Of a stretch of 64,000 nucleotides of DNA, positions 14,001-26,800 are shown in pieces. Numbering within the stretch: the first letter of the stretch is position 1; each line of letters begins with the position of its first letter. The notes beneath the pieces are model-generated. The model worked only from the letters and a program-made list of their open reading frames with translations, was not told where the DNA came from and ran no database searches. The DNA is taken from NCBI GenBank assembly GCA_030704615.1, contig CM060731.1, forward strand, positions 42,222,001-42,286,000, given 5' to 3'. This DNA is from Takakia lepidozioides. Lineage: Eukaryota > Plantae > Bryophyta. The position numbers were made by a program, and so were the translations under genes.

Positions 14001-14551
14001 CTACTCATCTTGCTACGATTCACAATGAGCTTACATTCCACCTCGCAGAAGCTCAAAAACAATCCAAGGAGTATGCAGATCAACATCGTCAACTCCAACC
14101 CCATTTCAAGGTCGGAGATCGTGTGTTGCTTCTTCGACGGGACATACAAATCTCACGTCCATCAAGGAAGTTGGATTATCAACGCCTGGGACCATTCAAA
14201 ATTATTCGACAAATAAATCCGGTCAGTTTTCGGCTTGAACTCCCATAAAGTATGCGCATCCATCCAGTCTTTCATGTTTCATTATTGGAGTTGTATCATC
14301 CATCGAATATTCCAGGGAGAGTCTCTGTACCACCTCCACCAATCGAAGTCAATCAGGAAATTGAGTATGAAGTCGACGAAGTCCTAGACTCTCGCATCAA
14401 GTATAAACGTCTTGAGTATTTCGTACATTGGAAAGACTACGACATCAGCGAACGAACGTGGGAACCTTCATCCAACCTCGCCAATGCATCTGACAAAGTC
14501 CAAGAGTTTCATCAACGATATCCAGCTAAGCCCCGAGCTACACGTCAATAA
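11032..14551 (+). pseudogene. pol: Pol: protease, RT, RNase H, integrase, chromodomain; multiple stops and frameshifts
   Basis: LLDSGAS; [11 protein letters not shown]; YLDD (~12190); [13 protein letters not shown]; H..GH..C..C; VSDRG; GPF; EYEVDEVLDSR..YFVHWKDY..TWEP. Confidence 0.95.
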
Positions 14552-15152
14552 GACGTCACAACGATGATGTCAGTCAAGTTAGCTTCAAGGTGAAGACTTC
14601 ACATTCAATGTACCTGATACACGTTAAGGAGGGAGGAGCACCACACATCAGTATATATAGCTACACTTTCAACACTCTTGCATCTAGTATTGGCAACATG
14701 AAGTCAAAGGAACCAGATACAAGGAGTTGTCGCTTACCCAACTACCAGATCAGCCGTTCCGACTCTCACGACCTTCAACATCACGCAGACGCTCTCGAGA
14801 CGATGGGCCATCAATGCGACGAGTACTTCCTCGTTTGGACCCTGTACGACGGCAAGTGGAGCCTACTTGAAGTCTGATAATTCTATTGGAGATGGAGGCT
14901 TCGGACCCAGAGGGCAACGAAATCATGTTTGAAGGCAACTTCGAAAATCAGAATGCTCAAAGCACTGCGTGATCCCAAGTTCAAGGTGTTGGACACTATC
15001 GATGGTTGCAGGGACCTATAAATCATTTGAGTCAAGAACGAAAGCCGAATACTTGACAAGTACCATTCGCCGGATTTTGGATTGTCTCCAACTCTAAGCA
15101 AGTCCAAGATTTTACCACTCCTCGAGGAACTCGGCGCTAGAGGAGAAGGTGA

Positions 15153-15713
15153 TGTCACGGACATAGCCCAAATGAACTTATCAGGAGTAAATACCAGAAG
15201 TTATCAAGTTACCATGTTACCGGAAGTTATCATGACTTACCATGATTTACCATGATCTACCATGATTTACCATTAGTTACCAAGTTATCGAAAGTTTACC
15301 AAATTACCAAGAGTAACTTGAGAAAGAAACCTTTGTTTAATCTTGGAAACTTCTCCTTCAAGAAACCTCTATAGGGGAAGCTTCTTATGGAACTTCTTAG
15401 TAGCCAGTATATATAGAAGGCGAGACTGGACACTCTTCAGTCTCGCCGACACAAGTTCAAACTACTCTTGTTCCCAGTCCCAGTACTTCAGTCCAGCTTC
15501 CAGTACTCTAGTCCAGTTTCCAGTATCTGGTACCTCAGTCCAGTTTCCAGCATTCCAGTATTCGAGTCGAGTTCCAGTATCTTGTACTATTGTCCATTGT
15601 TATAAAGATCATCTTGATTCATGTTTATCCACCATGCATTCGGCCACGCCGACCTTGACTTCTTGTCTAGTCGGATCTCTTGTTTGTATTCAGTCATGTT
15701 CTCGTCCTTAACA
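15153..15713 (+). repeat. 3' LTR (561 bp)
   Basis: TGTCACGGACATAGCCCA...GTCCTTAACA followed by TSD GTCGG. Confidence 0.95.
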
Positions 15714-16735
15714 GTCGGCCAAATCCTCCATGGGTCATGACACAGGGTCAAGAACAATGTGGTGAGGGCTACTCTTCTTCGACCTATTTCAGCCTGTTTT
15801 GCCCTCTCATCAAGCTCGGCCCTGAATTTGCAGCACGGAGCAGAGCTGACATGAGTTTATTAAAGATCCAGCTTCACAATGGTGGGACGACCGCAATTGA
15901 AAGGTGTGGCTTTTTCTTAATGTACGATGTGAAGAAGTTTGTTCATCCAACAAATGTGGGCTCTTGGCTCATTTTAATTCCACGATTTGGTATTCTTCAT
16001 GATATTTATAAGGTTCTTGGGAGAGTCAGCTTGGTCTTAGCAGACCGGGTTTCAATCTCTGCTCGATCAGCTGCACCGTGGTGGTTCTCACAGACCATCC
16101 GACATTACCTGATTATAGACACAAGCAGCGCACACAAGAGGTCATTTTGGATTGATGGTCCGTCAAATCCTCCATGGGTCATGACACAAGGTCAAGGACA
16201 ATCTGGTCAGGGCATCTTCTTCTTGGACCTATTTTAGCCTATTTTGCCCTCTCATCAGACTCGGCCCTAAATTTGCAGCACGGAGCGGAGCCAACATGAG
16301 TTCTTTAAAGATCTTTCACGATGGTGGGACAACCGCAATCACAAGGTGTGGCTTTTTCTTAATGTACAATGTGAAGAAGTTTGTCCTTCCAGCAAATGAC
16401 GGCTCTTGGCTCCTGTTAGTACCATGATTTCATATTCTTCCTGATGTTTACAAGGTTATTGAGAGAGTCAACTTGGTCTTAGCAGGCCGTGTTTCAATCT
16501 CTGCAAGATCTCTGCCCGCTCAGCTGCACCGTGGTGGTTCTCACAGACCATCCGACATTACCTGACTACAGACACTAGCAATACACATAAGAGGTCATCT
16601 TGGGTTCATGGTCAGTCAAATCCCCCATGGGTCATGACACAAGGTTGAGGACAATGTGGTGAGGGCACCTTCTTCGTCGACCTATTTCAGCTTGTTTTGC
16701 CCTCTCATCAGATTCAACCTTGAATTTGCATATTG
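15714..16735. repeat. ~450-bp tandem repeat (about 2.3 units here, continuing at ~9258-9357 on the other side of the Gypsy insertion)
   Basis: AAATCC(T/C)CCATGGGTCATGACACA recurs at 15721, 16165, 16618 (periods 444, 453); 9258-9357 matches the end of the unit. Confidence 0.9.
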
Positions 16736-17509
16736 AATTTTGTAAGTTAGCTCGTTGGGTGGATCTGTGGTGGTTTGGAGTAACTTTAACAAGTTACTGC
16801 CGATGTGGCAGCAGGAGACCCAAAAACAGATAACAGAGATGAAGAGAAGCTTTGGCCATCCTTTCTCTCCCTGTCTTTGACAGAGGCCTTCAGCTTTGAG
16901 GACAAGAAGTGTCTGGCCGCTTACCTGCATTTTCCCTTCGGGCGACCTTTGATATATTTGGACGTTGTTTGCGCATTTTGTCTATGGGGCCTTTCGCCCT
17001 CTGCGGATTGTATTCTCTTTCTCTCTTTCTTGCTTAGGACCTTCAACACTATTTTAACTAATTCCGGACTTTTAGCTTAAATCCGGACCAAACTTAATAT
17101 ATTACTGAATTAAAATTAACTAAAATATTAATAATATTATGGTACAATAATGTGTGATTGAACTTTGTGAAATTACAAGCGATGTCATAGTTGCTTGAAA
17201 ATGTGTCATGTAAGAGGTCCAATTGACATTGAAGTGCTTATGGAGTTGTAGTACTCAACAATTCATTGAACGTCCACTGGGAAGTCGAATGATGTCATAA
17301 TATTATATTATGTAATCACGATAAACAAATGTGTGGCAATCGAACATAAGAAAGACTCCTACACTACCATACTCGATAGATTTATTAATTGAATCTTCAT
17401 GTCAAGCACAATGTTTAGAGACGCCATTGGAATGATGTTTTGGATACAAGGGCAGTAAAATAATAAAATAGCATTGAGCATTAGGAAGAGGTACCAGGGT
17501 AGTTACACA

Positions 17510-19330
17510 ATAAGGTTTGGGGTGTAACTAGAGAGAAGTCCAATAAGGTGAGATGAGAACGGTAAGGGTACTTAGGGTTTAGGGTTTGGATTTAGGGTAC
17601 AAAGGGATGTCAAACAAATATGAAAGACTCGCACTCGCTAAAATTAATAAATATAAGGGTAATTTAGTATCCCTCTAATCATTCTATGGTACTTTATCCA
17701 AGAAAAGAAAATATTAAAAGAGCACGAAACATTGAAAAGAGGCAACGTAGTAGTACAATAAGGTTTTGGAGTGTACTAAGTAGAGTAGTACACTAAGGTT
17801 TTTGGTCTATGGTAAGGGTAATGGTTTAGGGTAAGGGTAAGGGGATTCAATGTAAAGGGACCGGTAAGGGTTTAGGGGTAATGGTAAATGAAAGGGTAAG
17901 GGTTTAGAGTAGGGGTTTTTAGTAAGTTTGGTTTAAGGTTATACAAAATTTGGACAATTTACTGAAATGAAAGACTCGCAATCACTAGAACTTGGTGTAT
18001 GTTAGTAGAATAAAAATGGAGAATGAAAATGGAGAAACAAATATTATGGAAGAGTCATTGAGACGGACAAGTATTTAAATTGAAGACTCGTCCTTGGAAC
18101 TTGGTATTATTAAGATACATAGAAAGCAAACTATGCAAAGGTACTAAGTGCATATCAATCCAAAACAAAAGAAAAAAGTAGTGCAAAAATGAAGGGAGTC
18201 TAAGACATTTGGATAACCATAATGGTTATTATGGGTATGGTATAGATACTTCAAATTTCCCATTTGTGAACTTGGGAAGCGTAAGGGTTTGGAGGTAATG
18301 GCTTGAGGGCAAAGGTATAGGGTTTACGGTGAGGGTTCAAAGCAAAGGTATACGGTTTGGTTTTTAGGTACAAATACTCAAACAAACATGGAACACTCGA
18401 ACTCACTAGAACTTAGTGTGTGGTAGTAGGGTACAAAATAATAATTTGGATAATGAAGACATTTGGATAACCATAATGGTTAATATGGTTATGGTTAATA
18501 TGGTATGGATAGTTCAATGTTCTCATTTGTAAAGGAAGGGTAAGGATTTAGGGGTAAAGGCTTAAGAGTAAACGATGACGGTTTCAGGGTAAGGGTTTAG
18601 GGTAGGGGTTTTGGGTTTGGGTTTAAGGTAGAAATGGACAAATAAATATGGAAGACTTGACTCGCTATAACTTAGTATTGTTAGTAACGTAGAAAACAAA
18701 ACAAAATGAAGAAAATAAATATTTTGGAAATCTAGTCATTGCATCAGACAAGTATTTACATTAGAGATTCGTCCTTGGAACCTAGTATTAAGATACACAA
18801 AAAGCAAACTATAAAAAAGGTAAGTGCATGTGTCAATCCAAAAGAAAGAAAAAAGTGGTCCAAAAGTGAAGGGAGAAGACATTGGACTAATCATAATGGT
18901 TATGGTTATGGATACCAATAGATGCATATGGATACTTCATTCTCATTTGTAAAGGGAAGGGTAAGGGTAAGGGTAAGGGTCTAGGGCTTGGGTTTAGGGT
19001 TTGGATTTTAGGCACAAACGAAGAAATACGGAAGAAATACGGAAGACTCGCAATCGCTTCTGTGTATTAGTAGATAATATGGTATGGATACTTCCTTCCC
19101 ATTTGTAAAGGGAAGGGTAAGGGTTTAAAAGGCTTAAGTTTTAGGGTAAGGGGTTAGGGTTTGGGTTTAAGGCACAAACAGACAAACCAATATGGAAGAC
19201 TTGCAATCGCTACTTTGTAATAGTAGGGTAGAGAATAAAATATAAATGGAGAAACTAATGTTATGTAGGACTCATTGTAATGGATGTCAAGTCTTTAATG
19301 AAGGACTCGTCCTTGGAACCGGGTATTAAG
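17510..19330 (+). repeat. Degenerate higher-order repeat with telomere-like TTTAGGG/TAAGGG clusters
   Basis: G-rich blocks at ~17560-17600, 17810-17940, 18280-18370, 18535-18630, 18950-19010, 19110-19170, each followed by a GA(A)AGACTCGCA.TC.CTA-like motif. Confidence 0.8.
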
Positions 19331-20079
19331 ATACATAGAAAGCAAAGTAAAAGAAAATTTAGGGAAGAAGTGTTGCATGTCAATCCAAAATCGGAAATAG
19401 CAAAAAAATATCTGAAAGTTCACCCTATGAGATATGCGAATAAACGGTGAGCCCATGGCAAAAATTGGAATAGAACATCAGACAGGATATTAAAAAGTCG
19501 GAGCCCCTAAAAACAAATATGAGAAATAAAATGATTCAATGAATTGTTGTTGTATAACGAGCTCTTAGTGTATATGGGAAAAAATGGGAAGACTCCATGA
19601 GAGAGGAAAGAAAATCAGGGCCAAAGATTAAATTGACTGTATGAAAACCTTCGAGATTAAACATAAAGAGTAGCAAACTTAGAAGTATGGCCAGAGTGAT
19701 TGGCTAAAGGTCCTCTAAGAAGAAGACTGCAGTAATAGACTTGGTTATTGAGAGAAGCACTGAGATTGGCCGTAATTATTGAGGAAAGAAAAAACTTAGA
19801 CAAAGTTGAAAGTCTAATTGTGGTGCTACCAACATATTTTAATTTTGTGAACTGAATGTTTTCCAACCTAGACTCCCCCACACGCTCTATTTTTTTCGTG
19901 AAGGGCAGATACAGCAAGCTAGAGTCCACGACACCCGTCCAAGATCGCGAAGGTCCACTGGACATTCGAGGTTGAGTGTGACAGCAGATATGTTGACAGA
20001 GGAGCATTGAAAACGAAACAATAGGGCCATGAACTCAAAAGTTTTTGTTTTTACTTAAATGGAAGTACCAAAATTAACC

Positions 20080-21372
20080 TCAGGTAAGTCCTCCGACAGT
20101 GACTCTTTCGCAAGACTCACTTTCAGGTTGAAGATTGGCCTCCTCTAAATTCGCGCGTGCCTTGACTGCCTCCGCAGCGGTAATTTTCTTGGTGCTACTC
20201 CTTGACGTATTCTTCCTTGGAGGCATTGTCCACACGACGGAGTTCACGTGGATCCATTGAGCAGGATCTCGTTGGTTGTACTCCCAGAGTTTTGACCAAC
20301 CGTCCCTGTACCTCTCCAAGTCTGTAGGGTTACCTACTTTTCTGGGTCTCCACCACTCTACCCTGACCTTCTTAAAATTACGATCCTCCCTATCACGGAT
20401 GACATCAGATATTGCCATCCCCATCCAGACCGGACACGACACTGGGTCATGAGGGCGAACCAGCACAAAAAACCCTTTCTCAATATCCTTGAAAGGATTC
20501 AAAGGTATTCTCGAACGCTCACACCTAGGGCCACAGTAAGGTTCTGGAATGTCATTCTCTTCCGACAAATTTTCCTCTATCCGTGGCTGGATTCCATCTC
20601 TCCGATGGTTCTGTGACCACCTCGTTTCCGGCCAGAAACCCTCAAAAAGGTCAATCTTGTCGGAAGCCACCAGTATTGGTTTATCCAGTTCCGCGAGAAT
20701 TTTCTCCCAGTATTGATCATATTGTTCCATTACAGATCTGTAATGTTCATCGAGTAACATGCCTTTTTTCCAAAAATCCCTATATTTTTTTATTCCATTT
20801 TTTATGAAAGACTGTTTCTCAGAAGAGTCGTCTTTGGTTCCCCATATAGGAGTTCGTCGAACGGCATTTAGGTCTCCTTCGGGGAGCTTGGGAGTCCCAT
20901 CTGGATTCGACTTCCACATCTTGACGCTAGTGTTGGTTGGAAGCCAATCTGAATCGGTGGCAGACTTCTTGTACTTCATTACCGGCCACCCCGCCGCATC
21001 TACAAAAAACCGGAATACATGCATCTCGGAAGTTTCGATCAACTCTTCCTTTCCATCTAGAATAAAGCCTTTGACAAACTTCTTAAAGTCGGGTACCTCC
21101 GGAATAAGTTATGGAATAAACTGCAAATCTTGCGAGATCATGAATGATCTCATCAAATCCGGAAGAATGTAGGTGCTCCGTTCCTTTAACTTCTTCGATA
21201 GGTAGAAACCGTTAATATCCTCATGAGTATGGCCGACCATGAGAAACCCAGCTGGATCTCCTCAAAAACACCTTTGGCAGTAAGGAGGGAAATGAATGCA
21301 AACATCCATCTATTCTTGTTATCATTCGCAGAGTTGTCCATCTGTAGATAGAGTCGTCTCAGAAGGCGGCGG
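20080..21372 (-). pseudogene. C-terminal half of Sola-type (DUF7869-like) DDD transposase
   Basis: RRLYLQMDNSANDNKNRWMFAFISLLTAKGVFEEI..FLMVGHTHEDING, followed by the 320-aa ORF 20080-21042. Confidence 0.8.
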
Positions 21373-24300
21373 TGACGAGTCTTGAGCGCGTGCGGTCAAG
21401 GTGACGGCATAGTAGTCTAGGGGGCCGAGGTAAGTTGCGGTGTAGGTTGGGCTCACTGAACCGCCTACCCGACTGCGGTTAGTGCAGGGGGTCCGTGGTC
21501 GTACATGGTGGCTATGATCACTATCTAAGTCCTACCGGCAAAGAGAAATCACGTACTCCTCTTCACAGGGCGAGTTTGCGTTTCTAAGTCCTACGGTATC
21601 ATCTAAGCTACTCAGTAATTGCCTTCCAAGTCTTTGTGTTTTATTGTCTAATTCCTACCGCCTAGGCCCCGAGCCGCCTATAGCCGGGACATGTTTTAAT
21701 CCCTTCACAAGGCACCTACCAAACCTAGGGAGGAGAGGGAAAACCGTCCTCTCCCACTGCCCCTCCTTCGCCGAGGGCTTGAGTTCAAGTCACCTCTCAA
21801 GGGAAGGGCCAACGCTTCCTACCCAATTGCCTAAATACTTTGTTTTAGCAACGGAGTGGCCAAAATGCCTATCATCATCCAAATAGGTTCACTCAATTCA
21901 ATAAGGTGGTTCTAAGCCCCTCAACTCAACAAATTCAATCAGTTTAATCAACACCCTGCAGGCTATAACGAGCACCACATTCATATATCCTAATTAAGCA
22001 GTTTCGCAAATGAGAAATGCTGGAAAATAAAAGAAATTAAGAAAATCAGGAAAAATACCTCCTCTATGGGAAATCATGTGGGGAATCCAAAGATACCCTT
22101 GGTGCATAAAGATGCCCTTGGGAACCCAATGAGAACCGGGGAACACCCGGGAACCGTTCCCTGCCGTAGGGAACTGCTGCGGCCCTATCGGATGAATGAA
22201 TCTCGCTGAGCCTGCAACTACATTCATTAGTCCAAAACATGCATGCGTAAATAATAAAATAATCACTGGTGGGTCCAAGCCAGATTTCACCCCCTTACAT
22301 TATTTTAAGGCGCTGGTGCGCTTTCCCTCCGTGGAAAAAATCATCCTCTACCTTGGGCTCTGACACAAAGGCTTGCTGTAGCCGAGTTTTTAGGACAGAG
22401 TACTTTCACTCCTCCCTTGTCTCTCGAGGTCTCCGCCTCTAGCTCACTGCCCTCAGACCCGTTTGGCTCCCTCTTGGAGTCCTAAGAACGCTCCCCTCCA
22501 AGGCTACGTCATCCCAAAATCCTAGATTTTATCTACCACTGGCGCCTTAGATAATGGCTCCTAACCCTTAGAGGGGTATAAATTGAATCTAATAGCTAAA
22601 GGTAAGAATACCCCCATTTAAGGGAATTTGCAGACGCATTGTCCGCTGGGTAAAACGCCCCCGCCACGTGGCGGGGCGCAGATCCGCGCGTAGCGGTCCA
22701 AACCGCAAACCGCTGCGGTTAACGCCAGCGTCCGCTGGTCCGTCTCAACTTTTGATTATCCAGCGGGTAAAGACCCGCGCCTTGCTCGCACGCTTTAGGG
22801 CCTCACGCCTGAGCCACGAGGCTAATGTACTTGATCTCAGTACGACTTAAGGTCGGCGCTGGGGCCTCGCGCCCGTACCTCGTGGCTGGGCCACGGCTGC
22901 CTCCACGCTTAAGTAATCGAGTCCTTACTCTCTAGGCGCAGCACCCGGGCTCTTCCCGGGCTGATCGCGACGTTGGGGCAGCTGCTGTCAAGCGAAATCA
23001 GCCCGCCCAAACCCCAAACAAAAATACAAACCACACCCTCCCCTAGGCCTCCATGGCTTGCTAGTTGGGGGGGGGGGGGGGGTTTAGCACATAGAGGCCC
23101 TATAATGGCCTTATATCATAGATCCAGCCTACTGGCCTGCTTTGCCAGAGCTGGCTATTTTTTCAAATTAGTAATCAAATACAAAGATTCCTTCTTCCAA
23201 CACTTCAAATACAAGCCTCTATTGGTTCCCTTACCAATAAACTATGGGGGTCTTCCCCTTGTCACTTCTAGACATGAAATAATGGGACTCCACAATGCAC
23301 TCTCCTCTTTTGAAGAGGCTAAATCAAATTTTCAACTTCAAGTTTTGCTTGGAAAATAAATGAATCACATACACAAATGGTGAAATGGTAAGATGGGATC
23401 AACCTTTCTATGTGAGAGTGCTTGGGATGCTCTATCGACTCAAGTGATGGTACTCTATGCGGCCTTCACTTGGGCTCTCGTCCATAAGTCCATACCAGCC
23501 CCTCCTACTCGTCCTCAAGTCACTTTCCTCCACATGAACTTGCCCTCTTCCTTCACAAGTGAAAATGGCTCAAAGGCCCAAAAGCTAGGCCACTTGCCTT
23601 AGCTTACAAGAATCCTACCTAACTAGGGAGCTTCAAGCTCCACTCCCTAGGATCTAGCCCCTCCTCAAGCCAAAAACTAGCAAGCACTACAACAACAAAC
23701 AAGATGAAACTAAGCAAATAAGCTAGATGAAGAATAAGAGAGCCTTGCCTCCTCTTTTATACTGTTGTTGTGCCTATTAGTTTAAGGAAAAATATTGATT
23801 AAACTATTATTTCCTAGAAGGATCTATAATATACTATTCCATATGGATGAAAAGTCTTAGAGGCAAATGAAAGCTGTCTTTTTATCCATCCAGTTGGATG
23901 ACCAGTTGGCGCGAGTTTCCATTTCATCCATCCAGCTCCTCAAGGCGAATTCCTGGATTTTTCATCCATCCAAGAAGTAGAAATGCAAATAATAGGCCTT
24001 GTGAGTGCCATTGACTCAATAATTTGGCCCCGCTGCTAATCAGCTCCATAAATCACCAAACTTGGTGACAAACTACAATTATATACCTCGTATCAGCCTG
24101 TAACTTCTCAGCTTCATCGGTTGTAAAAAGTTGTGCCTCGCCATTTGTCGTATTTTTGCTACACACATATTTTGTGGTATATTTGGAAATCAAATCCCTG
24201 GTGATGGCTCTGGGGTCTTTGACCCTGCCACTGAGTCATAGGTTGTCCGGAGTCCCCTCCAGTTGTCCCGCACCGCTAACAAGTCCACGCTTTGCCGTTT

Positions 24301-24716
24301 GAAGTCATCATAACCTGCTGTCGTTCTGACACGGCCAATTGCTTTGTTGCGATATTTCATCGCTATACATGTCGCGCTTCCACCAATTGCCAAGCTCCCA
24401 CTTGAAAGGCGGGAGAAAAGAGAGATCGCAATCTGGGACTGGAACAATCGTCATGTATTGTTCGAACAGGATTAACTCGCCGTTTCTGGTACCGAATTGG
24501 CAGCCTAATATGCTGTCGATGCAGCTTCCTACGGTCATCTTGATGCCAGAGTTCCTCTCCATGGTCGTCTCAGACACTGTCCAATTTCCTACATGCTTTA
24601 CCAACGATTTCCAGATAACTAACAAACTAACCTGTTTTGGTAGTACAATGCCGAAACCGCTTGTCTATGATAAAAAACGATCTGAAAAGAAAAGTGTTCC
24701 AATATATGCATCTACA
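21373..24716 (+). repeat. Long LTR (3344 bp), copy A, Athila/Tat-like Gypsy
   Basis: TGACGAG...TCTACA; inverted near-identical copy at 29975-33330; followed by PBS-like TGGCGACAAATGGGGAA. Confidence 0.88.
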
Positions 24717-24720
24717 TATA

Positions 24721-24737
24721 TGGCGACAAATGGGGAA
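24721..24737 (+). promoter_or_regulatory. Probable tRNA primer-binding site
   Basis: TGGCGAC...TGGGGA 4 nt after LTR end, resembles Tat/Athila PBS; cognate tRNA not identified. Confidence 0.6.
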
Positions 24738-25045
24738 CACTCGTCGCGAGTGTAAGAGAATCCAGGATCTCTGGTTCGTAAAAATCCCCCTACTAGGGTA
24801 TCTATGATATCCCTTGGAGTCAACGACTCCCTTGAGTAAAGATAAGAATAATTCCCCTCAGGCTCTTCCTCCTCGGAGAGAGTTCGAGTCTTCCGGGAGA
24901 GAGGAGGAAATAAAAAGCAAAAGCCAAAAAATGTTTCAACAACCACCCAGCTCGCCCTCTTCGGAGAGAGTTGGAGTTCCCAGATAAAAAATACTTCAAA
25001 ACCGCCATTCTCCCCCACCGGACTGGGTTCGAATCCCATAGATGA

Positions 25046-26800
25046 TGTAAGAGAGATATGCGCGGTGCAAATTGATGATTCTACTCTACAATAGCCTTGG
25101 AAGGACGTTTGGTTCTACCCTACTTGACATCGCTTGCCGGGACCTCTCATGGATGTGCACAGCTCATGGTAAATCGCTCACTGCGAACTACGACCTCGAC
25201 TCGAATCCGGAAGGGTCTAGAAGCTCCTACACAGGATGCTCCTGGGAGTCCCAATTCTTGGCTCCCACAACAAAACAGAAAAGATTGGATACCCGAGGAC
25301 CCTACCCATGAAATAATCGCACCATTCATAACTACAATAACGATTGGATCCATTCTGCACCTCAGAGGACCATACTCTGGAACAAAGTAATATTCTATTT
25401 GAAAATGTCACAGGCCCTTCTGGGTTTTCCTGTGCCTGACGCCCTTCACTCATGTGAGGGGAGCAGCAACCACTGCTCTACAAGTCACCTTTTACCCCCT
25501 CACTGCTTCTGACTTTTCTCTCTCTACGAGGAATGCTTCAACGGGGTAAGGTAAAAACAACAAAAGGGTTAAGGTTTAGAATCCCCGTGCGGGAAGTCGT
25601 TGTGCTCTATGCAGGGAGCATCAGTATACTGCAGAATGCTTGATACAGCAAGCATTTACTTTTTCTCGAGATATGCTTTGAGCAGACACAGATAGCCTTT
25701 GTGATAAAAAAAACAAATGATGATCGACAATGTGCATTGAGCAAGAGTGCATATATTAGCCAACCCATTGTTCCCATTCCTGCACCTGTGGTTCTTCACT
25801 CGATGAAGAAGAAAAGAAACTCACAACACGTGATTAGTAACGAAGAGGTATAAAGTCTTCTACTTGGCAATTGGATGGTCATAGCTCTCATAGCTTATGC
25901 CATATCAAACGGATTCCAATTCTACAAGGTGGGTTAGATCACTGCACGCTATGTGCCCCGCATCCCAAGGTCTGTCCTTGTGGATTCTAATAACTACCCG
26001 AAAATTCACTCTGGAGAACAAACCACCTCTTTAATGCAACTGCGTTGCCCCGCATCCCAAGATCTACCCTTGGAACTCCAAGAAAGGGTGTCAACAACCT
26101 ACTTGGGTAAGAGCCCTACTGACTTCTTCCCATTGGAGAAGTTTCATTGGATTATTGCAACTTATTGCCCTGCACTCCACCTCGTTGTGGAGCTCCAATA
26201 ACCAGTGAGTCAATGGATAGGAAATACCAACATTTCCTTCTGACAAACCGGGACGAAATCCTAAAGATCTCTCCCTTAGTGGGGGGGATAGTTCATTGGT
26301 TAATGGAACTCACATGTAGTAGTGCTTGCATCGGACACCGCTCACCAGGTTGGGGAACTCCACTCCCCTTAGTGTCTCTAGTTGTGATGAGCCGTTGTCA
26401 AAGACTGTCTTGACGAGATAAGGGCCCATCCAGTATGAGTCAAACTTGGCTTTGAATTCCTCGTTCCGACTGTCGAATAATAGTACAAGATCTCCTGGAT
26501 CAAAGATTTTTTTTTTTGCGCTTAGCATCGAAGCGAGCCTTCATTCGCCGTTGCACTGCCTCAATGTGCTGAGTTGCTGCTTGCCGGAGTTCATCCAGTC
26601 CTTCCAACATCTCGAGTCGTTCCTTTAATGACTATGATGTCGCCAACCATTCGGTAATGGCCAATCGTAGAGATGGGATTTCTGTCTCGATTGGCATGAT
26701 GGACTTTACCCCATAAACCAATGAAAATGGGGTATGTCGAGTAGTTACCTTATGGGTTGTGCGAAATGCCCACAAGGCCAAAATTAACTTGGTGTCCCAA
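25046..26800 (-). mobile_element. 3' fragment of a non-chromoviral Gypsy element: integrase C-terminus, PPT and 437-bp 3' LTR (25046-25482)
   Basis: WDTKLILALWAFRTTHK..HTPFSLVYG; FDPGDLVLLFDSR..KFDSYWMGPYLV; purine tract GAGGGGGTAAAAGG before TGTAGAG...CTTACA. Confidence 0.75.

Larger units (their letters stand above)
9358..15713 (+). mobile_element. Full-length Ty3/Gypsy chromovirus (Tf1/sushi/Tcn1-like), inactivated by stops and frameshifts
   Basis: TG...CA LTRs, 5-bp TSD GTCGG (9353-9357, 15714-15718), order gag-PR-RT-RH-INT-chromodomain, PPT AGAGGAGAAGGTGA at 15139-15152. Confidence 0.97.

Noticed and set aside
17510-19330. True telomere or chromosome-fusion scar
   Set aside because: Repeats are short, degenerate, single-orientation and embedded in a larger repeat unit
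21644-24755. ORFs inside the long LTRs (and mirrored at 30108-32708)
   Set aside because: Duplicated only because the LTRs are; no recognisable domains, and an indel between copies shifts frames
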